In this document: positions 56,055 through 64,000 of the stretch, in pieces
Position numbering within the stretch: the first letter of the stretch is position 1
Layout: each line of letters opens with the position of its first letter
Origin: Planctomycetota bacterium
GTDB lineage: Bacteria > Planctomycetota > UBA1135 > GCA-002686595
Reading direction: 5' to 3'
NCBI GenBank assembly: GCA_014238415.1
Contig: JABABA010000024.1
Coordinates: forward strand, 499-64,498
DNA: 64,000 nucleotides
Program-made: the position numbers and the translations under genes
The notes under the pieces: generated by a model
Told to the model about the DNA's origin: nothing
The model's database searches: none
Seen by the model: the letters and a program-made list of their open reading frames with translations, nothing else

Positions 56055-57227
56055 CTAGCGACGCCCCAGAGCATTGACCGGAGACAGGTGCGCCGCACGC
56101 CAGGCGGGCAGGCCGCCACCCAAAAGACCCAGCACCAGGGCAAAGAGTATCGAAACCAACAGCACCATGGGGGTCACCCGGAAACCGAAGGCGACCTCGG
56201 TGAAGGTCTGGAAGTTGGTGGTACCGGTCTCGATGCCATTGATGGGCCAGACCATGAGGCAGCCAGCGAGCCCTCCCAAGAGGCCCAGGACCAAGGACTC
56301 GAACAGGAATCCCAGGGCAACGCCCACGGGCCTGAACCCCGATGCCAGCAAGATACCGATCTCGTGGGTGCGGTCCGCCAGGGCAGCCAGCATGGTTGTT
56401 GTGGCAGTGAATACAGCGGCGATGCCCATGATGACTCCAAGGAATGCTCCCAGAAATCTCAGGGTTGCGCTCAACATCTCGGTCTGACTGCTGAGGCTTT
56501 CCTTTTCGCTCATCACCTGAGCGGGGACGACCTTGTCATTCTTGAGCCGGGCAGAAATACCAGCGAGGTCGCTGCCAGGTTTGAGTTGGGCCAGGACGCG
56601 GCTTGGCCCCGTACGCTCAAGGCATTCAAGAATCCGATCCAGATCGCCCCAGATCTCCGACCCGGAAGGGCCCTCGGATTCAAAAATACCCACCACAACA
56701 AAGGGCGTAGTGTTGAGCACAAGAGTCCCTCCTAGCTCGCAGCCCCTGATGCGTCCGACCAGAGACCGCCCCACGATCAACTCGTCCTGGCCCGGATTGA
56801 ACTGCCGGCCTTCTAGCAGGGAAATCTCGCCCGCGCGAATGGTGAAGGTCCCAGGCTGCACACCGCGGATGGGCACATTGGTCTCCCCTCCGGTCGAGAC
56901 CCGGCGCAGTCGCACGGCCAGATAGAGTTCCATGCTGGCCTGGGGTTGTCCGTCGCTACCGACGGCGATTTCCGGCACGGTGTTGATCAGCCTGCGGCCC
57001 CGGTCGCGACTGAAGACGCTGTCCCCTTCCCCGGTGGCTCCCGGGCGCAAGAAAACCGCCAGATCTTCGCGCCCGGCCTCGGTGTAGAGGCGTTCAAACC
57101 CCTGCTGAAGGGCCAACACTCCAGCGACCACCGCCACAGTGGCGCCGATACCCAGCACAGTCAAGAGAGTCGCCGAACGCCGCACAAACAACGAGCGCAG
57201 GTGATAGGAAAAAGCGATACCACCCAT
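56055..57227 (-). CDS. ABC transporter permease, FtsX/MacB-type
   Basis: It has an N-terminal TM helix, a periplasmic MacB_PCD-like domain and a C-terminal FtsX 3-TM bundle. Confidence 0.85.
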   Translation of the reverse strand: MGGIAFSYHLRSLFVRRSATLLTVLGIGATVAVVAGVLALQQGFERLYTEAGREDLAVFLRPGATGEGDSVFSRDRGRRLINTVPEIAVGSDGQPQASMELYLAVRLRRVSTGGETNVPIRGVQPGTFTIRAGEISLLEGRQFNPGQDELIVGRSLVGRIRGCELGGTLVLNTTPFVVVGIFESEGPSGSEIWGDLDRILECLERTGPSRVLAQLKPGSDLAGISARLKNDKVVPAQVMSEKESLSSQTEMLSATLRFLGAFLGVIMGIAAVFTATTTMLAALADRTHEIGILLASGFRPVGVALGFLFESLVLGLLGGLAGCLMVWPINGIETGTTNFQTFTEVAFGFRVTPMVLLVSILFALVLGLLGGGLPAWRAAHLSPVNALGRR

Positions 57228-57229
57228 GA

Positions 57230-58399
57230 TCAGTCCCTCGCTCCCAAGGCTGCGATCACAGTCAAGTTGCGCGTGGCCAGGGCGGGAAGGATTCCCGCCA
57301 CAAGCCCTGCCAGAACGGTGATCAAGAGCCCCAACCCAAAGGTCTCGGTCTCAATCATGAAGCCAGGCATGATGGCACTCGTCGCGCCGAGCACTCCTGG
57401 CTCGATGGCCTTGGCCAGGAACATCCCAAGCCCTCCCCCCACAAGGGTCAAGAACATGCTCTGAAAGAGCAACACGCTGCCGACTCTCGTGTCGCTGAAG
57501 CCCAGGGCCTTGAGCACTCCCGCTTCCCTGCGTTGTTCGCGAGCCGCCATCAACATGGTGTTGATACAAGCCAGCAGCACTGCGGCCAGAACTCCCCCGC
57601 CGATGGCGGAGACAAAGAAAGGGATGTTGCCGAACATGGAGACGAACTGGGCCTGGAACTCGCTCTCGGTGGTGGTCTGTACCCGTTGGGGACCGTCCAT
57701 GAAGAGGTCATCCACCGCCCCCATGACCGTTGAAGGGTCCGCATCGTCTTTGACGCGCACCACGATGGCACCCACACCCGGAGATTCGTCGGGCTTGGTC
57801 AAAGTCTCCTCAAAGAGCTTCCATTGGAAGAACAGAGTGCGATCGTCAAAGTTGCGGGCGCCGGGTTCATAGATCGCCGCCACTTCGAATTCCCACGCCT
57901 TGTCGGCTCCATCGGGATGGGGAAAGAGGGCCCCGGTAATGGGTGCCACATCCCCCACCTTCCAACCAAAATCATCGGCGATACCACGCCCCACCATGCA
58001 GCAATTGCGGCCCGCCACAAAGGCCTCAGCCGAGCCCTCAACCACCACGAGTTCAGGGTACATCTCCACTACCTCTTGAGGGTCAACTGCGAACTGGGCG
58101 AAAAAATTCGACGGGTCTTGGTAATAGCCCCCAAACCACTGCCAACGGGCCACATTCTGAACGCCATCCACCTGGGCGATGCGATCGGGATACCAAGCAG
58201 GCATGCCCACGAACAGACTGACCGCTGACTGAACCCACAAGCGATCATTGCGCGCGGTGGTCGCGGTGGCTTCAAGAGTAGTGACGAGGGAGCGCAAAAT
58301 GCACAACAAGAAGATCGCCACCGCCAGGGAGCCGATGGTCAACAGTGTGCGCAGGGGGTGGCGTAGAAGCTGGCGAGGAACAAGGCGCAACAAGCTCAT
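57230..58399 (-). CDS. ABC transporter permease, FtsX/MacB-type (paralogue)
   Basis: It has the same architecture as the downstream gene and a 4-nt overlap with the ATPase gene. Confidence 0.85.
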   Translation of the reverse strand: MSLLRLVPRQLLRHPLRTLLTIGSLAVAIFLLCILRSLVTTLEATATTARNDRLWVQSAVSLFVGMPAWYPDRIAQVDGVQNVARWQWFGGYYQDPSNFFAQFAVDPQEVVEMYPELVVVEGSAEAFVAGRNCCMVGRGIADDFGWKVGDVAPITGALFPHPDGADKAWEFEVAAIYEPGARNFDDRTLFFQWKLFEETLTKPDESPGVGAIVVRVKDDADPSTVMGAVDDLFMDGPQRVQTTTESEFQAQFVSMFGNIPFFVSAIGGGVLAAVLLACINTMLMAAREQRREAGVLKALGFSDTRVGSVLLFQSMFLTLVGGGLGMFLAKAIEPGVLGATSAIMPGFMIETETFGLGLLITVLAGLVAGILPALATRNLTVIAALGARD

Positions 58400-59112
58400 G
58401 CAAGCGCTCCCGGGGGATCCTGGGTCTGAACCTCTTCGACCCCTCCAAGACGCCCTTTGTCCAAGTGCACAATCCGCTGGGCCCTGGCCGCCGCCGACGG
58501 ATCGTGGGTCACCATCAGCAACGTCTTGTTCATTTCCCGGTTCAGGCGCTGGAGCAGGCCCAGAACCTGATCAGCAGACTCACGGTCCAGGTCTCCAGTG
58601 GGCTCATCGCAGAGCAAGACCTTGGGATCAGTAACGATGGCCCGAGCAATGGCCACCCTTTGTTCTTGACCACCTGACAGTTGACCGGGGCGATGCTTCG
58701 CGCGATCAGCAAGACCCACCAACTCCAAAGCCGCCAGGGCATGCTGTTGTTGTTCTTTGCGGCTGAGGGGAGTCAGAGCCAGGGGCAAGGCCACATTCTC
58801 CAAGGCGGACAGCACCGGAATCAGGTTGAAGCCCTGGAACACAAAGCCCACCGAACGCGCCCGCCAGGCAGACAAGGCCGCCCCGCGCAGACCTCCCAGA
58901 TTCTGCCCTGCAACCTGCACGGAACCCGAATCCGGCAGGTCCAAGCCCCCCACCAGATTCAACAGGGTGGTCTTGCCCGATCCCGAAGGCCCCATCAGGG
59001 CATAGAAATGCCCAGCCTCCATACTCAAATCCAGTTGATCCAGCACGCGCAACTCTTCCCCGCCCCGCTGATAGGTCTTGGTCACATCCTGCAATTGAAT
59101 TCCGTCACTCAT
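58396..59112 (-). CDS. ABC transporter ATP-binding protein (MacB/LolD-like)
   Basis: It has GPSGSGKTTLLN, LSGGQEQRVAIARA and LLCDEPTGDLD. Confidence 0.93.
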   Translation of the reverse strand: MSDGIQLQDVTKTYQRGGEELRVLDQLDLSMEAGHFYALMGPSGSGKTTLLNLVGGLDLPDSGSVQVAGQNLGGLRGAALSAWRARSVGFVFQGFNLIPVLSALENVALPLALTPLSRKEQQQHALAALELVGLADRAKHRPGQLSGGQEQRVAIARAIVTDPKVLLCDEPTGDLDRESADQVLGLLQRLNREMNKTLLMVTHDPSAAARAQRIVHLDKGRLGGVEEVQTQDPPGALA

Positions 59113-59223
59113 GATTCTGTGCTCTTCAAGGGGTCAAACACCTATAGGGGCCAATTGGTGGCGCACCATGCTAAGGAAGAGGATGGGCAAATCGCTAGAA
59201 CACCACCCTCCATTTCATTTCCC

Positions 59224-60627
59224 CTACAACTGGACCAGCACGCGATCCCCATCCGCGAGATCTGGAGTGGGATTGAGAACTGCCTGCTCACCAACTTTGA
59301 GCCCCGTACGCACGCGAATGTTCTTGCCCCTGCGCTCTTCTACTTCCAAGCCACGAAACACAAGACGCCCTTGTTCCAAGAACAAAGCGCCTTCTTGTGC
59401 CCCTCGCTGCACCAGCACTGCGGCTGGCAGCCAGACCCCGGGCTCAGGATTGGTAGCTGACTCCGCCAAGGCACCAAAGACAACCCGCACGCCCATGTCC
59501 GGACGCAGGCGTGAATCGGAATCAAGAATCTCAAGGCGCACTTCGATTGTAGCCTTCTGGCGATTGGCAGTGGGCCAGATGCGGTCCACTCTGGCAGCCA
59601 GGGGTTCAGCGGGAAATGCGTCCAGCAACAGAGTCGCGGGAGCACCGACCTCAACTGCCGAAAGCCTCGTCTCCGACAACTCAACCTGCACTTCAAGTGA
59701 ATCAAAGTCCACCATGGTGACCACTGCCCCACGAGAAGAGCTGCCAAGAGAGTTGGGGCTGACGACCTCTCCAACTTCGGCGTCCTTGAGCACCACTAAG
59801 CCATCGAAGGGCGCGAGCACAAACCGCTTGGCCAAGGAAGCCTGGGCACGGTCTCGCTCCGCGGCGCGCACGGGCACGGTTGCCTGGGCTCGCTTCAAGA
59901 CAGCGAGGGCGATTTCTTCTTGGGCCTGGGCTGCTTGCACAGCCACCTCGGCGCTGCGCTGACTGGCAAGGGCTGCTTCCTCATCCGCCACGGCACGAGT
60001 CTCTTGGGCCTGGACCTGGTCCAAGCGGGCACGGGTCTCTGCCCCTTGCTCTTCCAGTTCCTTCACCCTCTTGAGGTCCTGAGCCGCAAGTAGTCTCTGG
60101 GCCCGGGCAGCCTGAACACCTGCCGCCTTGGCGCCCAGGTCTGCTTCAGCGGCAGCTATCATGCTCTCGGCACTCTTCACCCTGGCTTCGGCTTCATCCA
60201 CACCGGCCTGAGCCTCATGCACTGCTGCCTCGGCGCCGCGCAAGAGAGCTGCCCGTTCACGATCATCCAATCGGGCAAGCAGGTCCCCTCGCTTCACTTC
60301 AGACCCCTCCTGCACGAGCATTTCCACAATCATCCCAGGCTCTTCCGCCGACAGAGCCGCACGAGTTCGAGCCACTACATAGCCGTTGCCAGCCACCCCT
60401 CGAGCCTGAACTTGGGCCGCGGGATCGGGAATGTAGGCCACAGCAATTGAAACCCGCGGCAGGGTCCAAGCGTCCAGTTGTTTCAGGAGCGGGCGCCGAA
60501 CGAGCCAAACCATCAAGAGCACAAGTCCAAGCACAAGCCAACGGCCTGTGGAGCGCCCTGATCCGCCGGCCTGACCAGGGACAGTGGGTTCGCGCTCGAT
60601 GCGCAGGCGGTCAAGGTCGGAACTCAT
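59224..60627 (-). CDS. HlyD/MacA-type periplasmic adaptor protein
   Basis: The sequence from ATG 60627 has a TM anchor WLVLGLVLLMVWLV, a long Ala-rich coiled-coil hairpin and beta-barrel/MP domains. Confidence 0.85.
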   Translation of the reverse strand: MSSDLDRLRIEREPTVPGQAGGSGRSTGRWLVLGLVLLMVWLVRRPLLKQLDAWTLPRVSIAVAYIPDPAAQVQARGVAGNGYVVARTRAALSAEEPGMIVEMLVQEGSEVKRGDLLARLDDRERAALLRGAEAAVHEAQAGVDEAEARVKSAESMIAAAEADLGAKAAGVQAARAQRLLAAQDLKRVKELEEQGAETRARLDQVQAQETRAVADEEAALASQRSAEVAVQAAQAQEEIALAVLKRAQATVPVRAAERDRAQASLAKRFVLAPFDGLVVLKDAEVGEVVSPNSLGSSSRGAVVTMVDFDSLEVQVELSETRLSAVEVGAPATLLLDAFPAEPLAARVDRIWPTANRQKATIEVRLEILDSDSRLRPDMGVRVVFGALAESATNPEPGVWLPAAVLVQRGAQEGALFLEQGRLVFRGLEVEERRGKNIRVRTGLKVGEQAVLNPTPDLADGDRVLVQL

Positions 60628-61063
60628 GGTCAGAGATCTAGCACAAGGAAATGACGGGTTGCCGGTATCAGTGGTCTGACCAGGAATCCGGCGCGCCAAG
60701 GATAGCTCCGGGAGCAGGGCACGGGTTGATGTGTTTGAACGAGCTGAGTCGGGGTCTGGTGATCCTGGGGCACATGGGGCACCGGGCACGAGCAATCAAG
60801 AGCAGGTTGCTGCATCAGGACCCTGACCTCGCAGCCCGAGTCCGACTGAATCTTCTGGATCCCGATGGCCCTCGAATCCAGAATCTCCCTCGACCACAAG
60901 CGTCATCCCGGCGCCCACTTACCGCGCACCCTTCCATCCTCTTCCATTGACTGCCTCCAGCGACGAGTCCGAGTTGTTCCCAAACCTGGCCGCCCATTCT
61001 GAAGCGGACTCGGAAGGTTCCAGCGCGGCATCCGACAAGGAGGATGCCGACGAGTGGCAGCGC

Positions 61064-63040
61064 ATGGCCGCCCGAGAGGAGTTCGAGCCGGGTACGGACC
61101 AAGGCGAATTCCTCGAAACGATTGCGATCGAAGCCTGCAACACCCCTGCAGGCGAACCTGCCACCCTTACCCCAACAGAACAGCTCGTCGCCGCAACCGA
61201 CAAGGTCCGCAGGGTCTGGGGCCACGACTCCCTGCGCCCCCAGCAAGAAGACGCCATGGCCGCGTTCCTATCAGGACAGGATGTCCTGCTCGTACTTCCC
61301 ACCGGCGGCGGCAAGAGCCTCTGCTATCAGGCCCCGGCCCTGGTAAGGCCAGGATTGACCCTGGTGGTCAGCCCATTGATCAGCTTGATGAAAGATCAGG
61401 TGGACGGCCTGCTGCAAAGCGGCGTGCGAGCCGGGATGTTTGCATCCACCCAAGACCCTGAGGAGCAAGCCCTGGTCCAGAGCCAACTGAACAGAGGCGA
61501 GTTGGACCTGCTCTATTGTTCCCCCGAACGGCTGACCCTCTCGGGTTTCGTCCCGCGTCTGATGCGCGCAGGCATGACGGCCATCGCGGTGGACGAAGCC
61601 CATTGCATCAGTCACTGGGGCCACGACTTCCGCCCGGACTATCGTGAGCTCGGAGATCTGCGCCAGCACGCGCCCGGAGTGCCCATAATGGCGGTGACGG
61701 CCACAGCTCCTCCCCGGGTGCGCGTGGACATTGCGGCGCAACTCAACCTGCAGAACCCAGTGCAGTTGGTAGGCAACTTCGACCGCCCGAACCTGACCTA
61801 CCGAGCGCAGCCCCGGGGGCGCCTGTTGACCCAAATACTGGCCGTAATCCAACGCCACTCAAAAGAAGCGGGCATCATCTATGCCCTCAGGCGCACGGAT
61901 ACCGAAGACCTGGCCAGGGACCTTGCCAAGGCGGGCATTCGCGTTGGCGCCTATCACGCAGGCCTCAACGCGGCCAAGCGCAAGGAGGTACAAGAGGACT
62001 TCTTGACCGAGCGTATCGATGTGGTAGTGGCGACCGTGGCCTTTGGAATGGGCATCGATCGCTCGGATGTGCGCTTCGTGATCCACGCCAGCCTGCCCAA
62101 GGGCATCGAGCAGTATTCCCAGGAAACCGGGCGTGCGGGGCGAGATGGCCTGGCAGCGGAGTGCGTCTTGTTCTACGGGGGCTCGGATCACCACACCTGG
62201 AAGCGACTGATGGAGCGCAGTGCGGAAGAGGCCGCAACCGCCGGTGTAGAGAATGCCAAGGAGGATTTGATCGAATCCTTGAAACGGTTAGGCCAGATGT
62301 GGGGCCTCGCGGCCTCTGCCACCTGCCGTCACCGCACCTTGGTGGAACACTTTGGGGGCACCTACAACAACCATGAGAGCTCGGGCTGCGGCGCCTGTGA
62401 TGTGTGCCTCGGCGAACTCGAGACCCTGTCCGACGCCGGGGTCGTGGCCCAGAAGATCCTCTCCTGCGTAGTGCGCTGCGACCAACGCTACGGAGCCGCC
62501 CATGTGACCGATGTATTGCGTGGAGCCAAGACCCAGCGGATGCGGGACACGGGCCACGACAAGCTCTCGACCTATGGGCTCTTGAAGGACCTGAGCGCAC
62601 GGGAGTTGCGCGGCCTGATCGACCAGTTGATTGCCCAGGGCCATTTGGGAGTTGCTTCAGGCGAGTTTCCCACCCTCTTCCTGACCCAGAGCGGCGCCCG
62701 TGTAATGAAAGCCGAGGACGAGGTCACCTTGCTGAGGCCCAAGCGCCCGACACCATCATCCAAGCGCAAGGCCTTACAAGTCGCCCTGGACGACACACCC
62801 GTTGCTCAGGACCTGTTCGAATTGCTGCGCAAGAAGCGCCGGAAGCTGGCCGCCGAACGGGAGATCCCGCCCTATCTGATCGCCAACGATCGCACCCTGA
62901 CCCACTTGGCGGCGCACCATCCCAAGACTGAGGTGGAGTTACTGGCAACTCCGGGGATTGGGGAGAAAAAGGCCCTGGACCTGGGCCCGATCTGGCTGGA
63001 GATCATTCGGGACTGGTTGAGCACCCAATCTCACTCCTAG
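61064..63040 (+). CDS. recQ: ATP-dependent DNA helicase RecQ
   Basis: It has [22 protein letters not shown], a Zn-binding Cys cluster (CRH...CGACDVC), RQC and a C-terminal HRDC. The start is uncertain: ATG 61064 is chosen here, and the listed TTG 60947 would add 39 acidic residues. Confidence 0.9.
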   Translation: MAAREEFEPGTDQGEFLETIAIEACNTPAGEPATLTPTEQLVAATDKVRRVWGHDSLRPQQEDAMAAFLSGQDVLLVLPTGGGKSLCYQAPALVRPGLTLVVSPLISLMKDQVDGLLQSGVRAGMFASTQDPEEQALVQSQLNRGELDLLYCSPERLTLSGFVPRLMRAGMTAIAVDEAHCISHWGHDFRPDYRELGDLRQHAPGVPIMAVTATAPPRVRVDIAAQLNLQNPVQLVGNFDRPNLTYRAQPRGRLLTQILAVIQRHSKEAGIIYALRRTDTEDLARDLAKAGIRVGAYHAGLNAAKRKEVQEDFLTERIDVVVATVAFGMGIDRSDVRFVIHASLPKGIEQYSQETGRAGRDGLAAECVLFYGGSDHHTWKRLMERSAEEAATAGVENAKEDLIESLKRLGQMWGLAASATCRHRTLVEHFGGTYNNHESSGCGACDVCLGELETLSDAGVVAQKILSCVVRCDQRYGAAHVTDVLRGAKTQRMRDTGHDKLSTYGLLKDLSARELRGLIDQLIAQGHLGVASGEFPTLFLTQSGARVMKAEDEVTLLRPKRPTPSSKRKALQVALDDTPVAQDLFELLRKKRRKLAAEREIPPYLIANDRTLTHLAAHHPKTEVELLATPGIGEKKALDLGPIWLEIIRDWLSTQSHS

Positions 63041-63058
63041 AGGCGCAGGCCCTGCCCC

Positions 63059-63119
63059 GTTTCGAGAGCTCAAGCATGCTCGGGGAGAGCAGCAAGCTCT
63101 GTTTCGAAACACTTTTGCC
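63059..63119 (+). terminator. imperfect hairpin + TTTT after recQ (possible terminator)
   Basis: gtttcgagagct (63059-63070) pairs with agctc..tcgaaac (63095-63110) with a 4-nt bulge, followed by acttttgcc. It begins 19 nt after the TAG. Confidence 0.45.
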
Positions 63120-63329
63120 ATGACCTGGGTCACCCCTGTGCTGACTCGGCGTTGGTGACCAGATCATCCCCTTGAGAGTGCGATCAAAGAGTCAGACACG
63201 CCGGGGGGAATGTGCTCCAGAGGAACCAAGGGGGTTCACGGAGACCTGTTCACTCCATGCGAAAGAGAGCTGAAAGGCAATCGAACGCAATGGCGATCAA
63301 GTTCTCCCTCAACCCCCGATTGCAAAACG

Positions 63330-64000
63330 ATGCATATCCGATTCCCGCGCCTCCTTCTCGCTTCTCTCCTGACCGGCACTGGGCTGCTCGCCTTGGCCAC
63401 AGCCAAGCCTCTCAGCTCTGACGCGCCAGTCTCCAGGACCCCCGCCCGCCACCTGCTCGATGCACTAGGCGATCCTGCCACGGCCGCGACCAGCAATGAT
63501 GGGGATGCACCCGCCCCGGTCCCGGCCCCAGTTATCCGTTCACGCTATGGCAAACTGGACCTGGCCAATTGGCCCTCCCTGATTTCAAGCGGGGTCCACA
63601 GGCGGGTGGAGTGGATCTGGCCCGTTGCCGAAGCTATGGGTGCGCGCATCGACATCCAGGAGGAAGGCCGCGTGGTGCTGTTGACCTCCCAAGAGCGCCA
63701 GTCCAAGGTACGCCGACGGGCCTCAGCGATTCGCCGCACGGTGGCTGCCTTTGATCAGCTCTTGCCCTGGACTGCACCAACTCACGTACCGACGGAAGCA
63801 GAGCATCAGGTGCAAGCTGAGCGCCTGGTCTTCAGCAATCCCGAACCCGTGATCATCATCGCCTGCGACGATGAGGACTTTGAATTGGTCCAGAAAGCTC
63901 TGGCTGAACTGCAGTCCCAGCCGGAGCGATTGGATCCCTATGGCAGTGATGACCTGGATCTCCTTGTCAGCGTCTTCGTGGAAGAGCCCAAGGACGTGAC
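63330..64000 (+). CDS. hypothetical secreted protein, N-terminal fragment (runs off the right edge)
   Basis: ATG 63330 gives the signal peptide MHIRFPRLLLASLLTGTGLLALATA. I translated the frame by eye to nt 63998 without finding a stop. It is not in the supplied track because it has no stop in the window. Confidence 0.6.
   Translation, partial: MHIRFPRLLLASLLTGTGLLALATAKPLSSDAPVSRTPARHLLDALGDPATAATSNDGDAPAPVPAPVIRSRYGKLDLANWPSLISSGVHRRVEWIWPVAEAMGARIDIQEEGRVVLLTSQERQSKVRRRASAIRRTVAAFDQLLPWTAPTHVPTEAEHQVQAERLVFSNPEPVIIIACDDEDFELVQKALAELQSQPERLDPYGSDDLDLLVSVFVEEPKDV

Noticed and set aside
1-64000. A search by eye for CRISPR arrays, IS elements or transposases, integrases, phage genes, rRNA and tRNA.
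   Set aside because: No regularly spaced direct repeats, no DDE/tyrosine-recombinase-like ORFs, no terminal inverted repeats flanking a block, and no T-loop/acceptor signatures were found. The absence call is limited by manual inspection.

Overview
This is a 64-kb, high-G+C, densely coding chromosomal segment from a diderm bacterium. I cannot place the taxon without a database search. The gene content (DUF1573, an FGE-sulfatase-domain lipoprotein, a GldFG-like ABC system with DUF4340, an ECF sigma beside a Ser/Thr kinase) is reminiscent of PVC/FCB-type or myxobacteria-like genomes. I support about 55 CDS, most with 4-nt start/stop overlaps that indicate operons. Housekeeping genes are guaB-guaA, dnaG-rpoD, rsmA, rplM-rpsI, yebC, recQ and a Ski2-like helicase. 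Accessory content comprises six blocks. (1) A sugar-modification operon (Gfo/Idh/MocA-SDR fusion, GT4, Nudix) is translationally coupled to a Ser/Thr kinase and PP2C phosphatase pair, followed by an orphan pseudopilin. (2) A GldA/F/G-like ABC-2 system with DUF4340. (3) A type IV pilus / T2SS-like motor operon (GspE-like ATPase, PilT, PilB, PilC) is coupled to an orphan histidine kinase and two CNNM/CorC genes, preceded by a large DUF1573 protein. (4) A signalling module contains a receiver plus degenerate GGDEF, a tentative FHA-like protein, a Ser/Thr kinase, and an ECF sigma with a Cys/His C-terminal extension. It is followed by a multi-beta-sandwich membrane protein and an M28 peptidase carrying a C-terminal GspG-type pseudopilin domain. 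(5) A MacAB-like efflux operon. (6) A block of uncharacterised membrane genes with an FtsQ-like POTRA protein. I recognised no rRNA, tRNA, CRISPR array, transposase, integrase or phage genes. The observations most worth follow-up are the M28-pseudopilin fusion, the kinase/FHA/ECF/GGDEF module, the pilus-motor-HK-CNNM operon, and a ~500-nt lower-G+C non-coding island upstream of dnaG. None of these is proven novel, because no database searches were run and all domain calls rest on motif reading. Many long ORFs in the supplied track are antisense artefacts of high G+C and were rejected.
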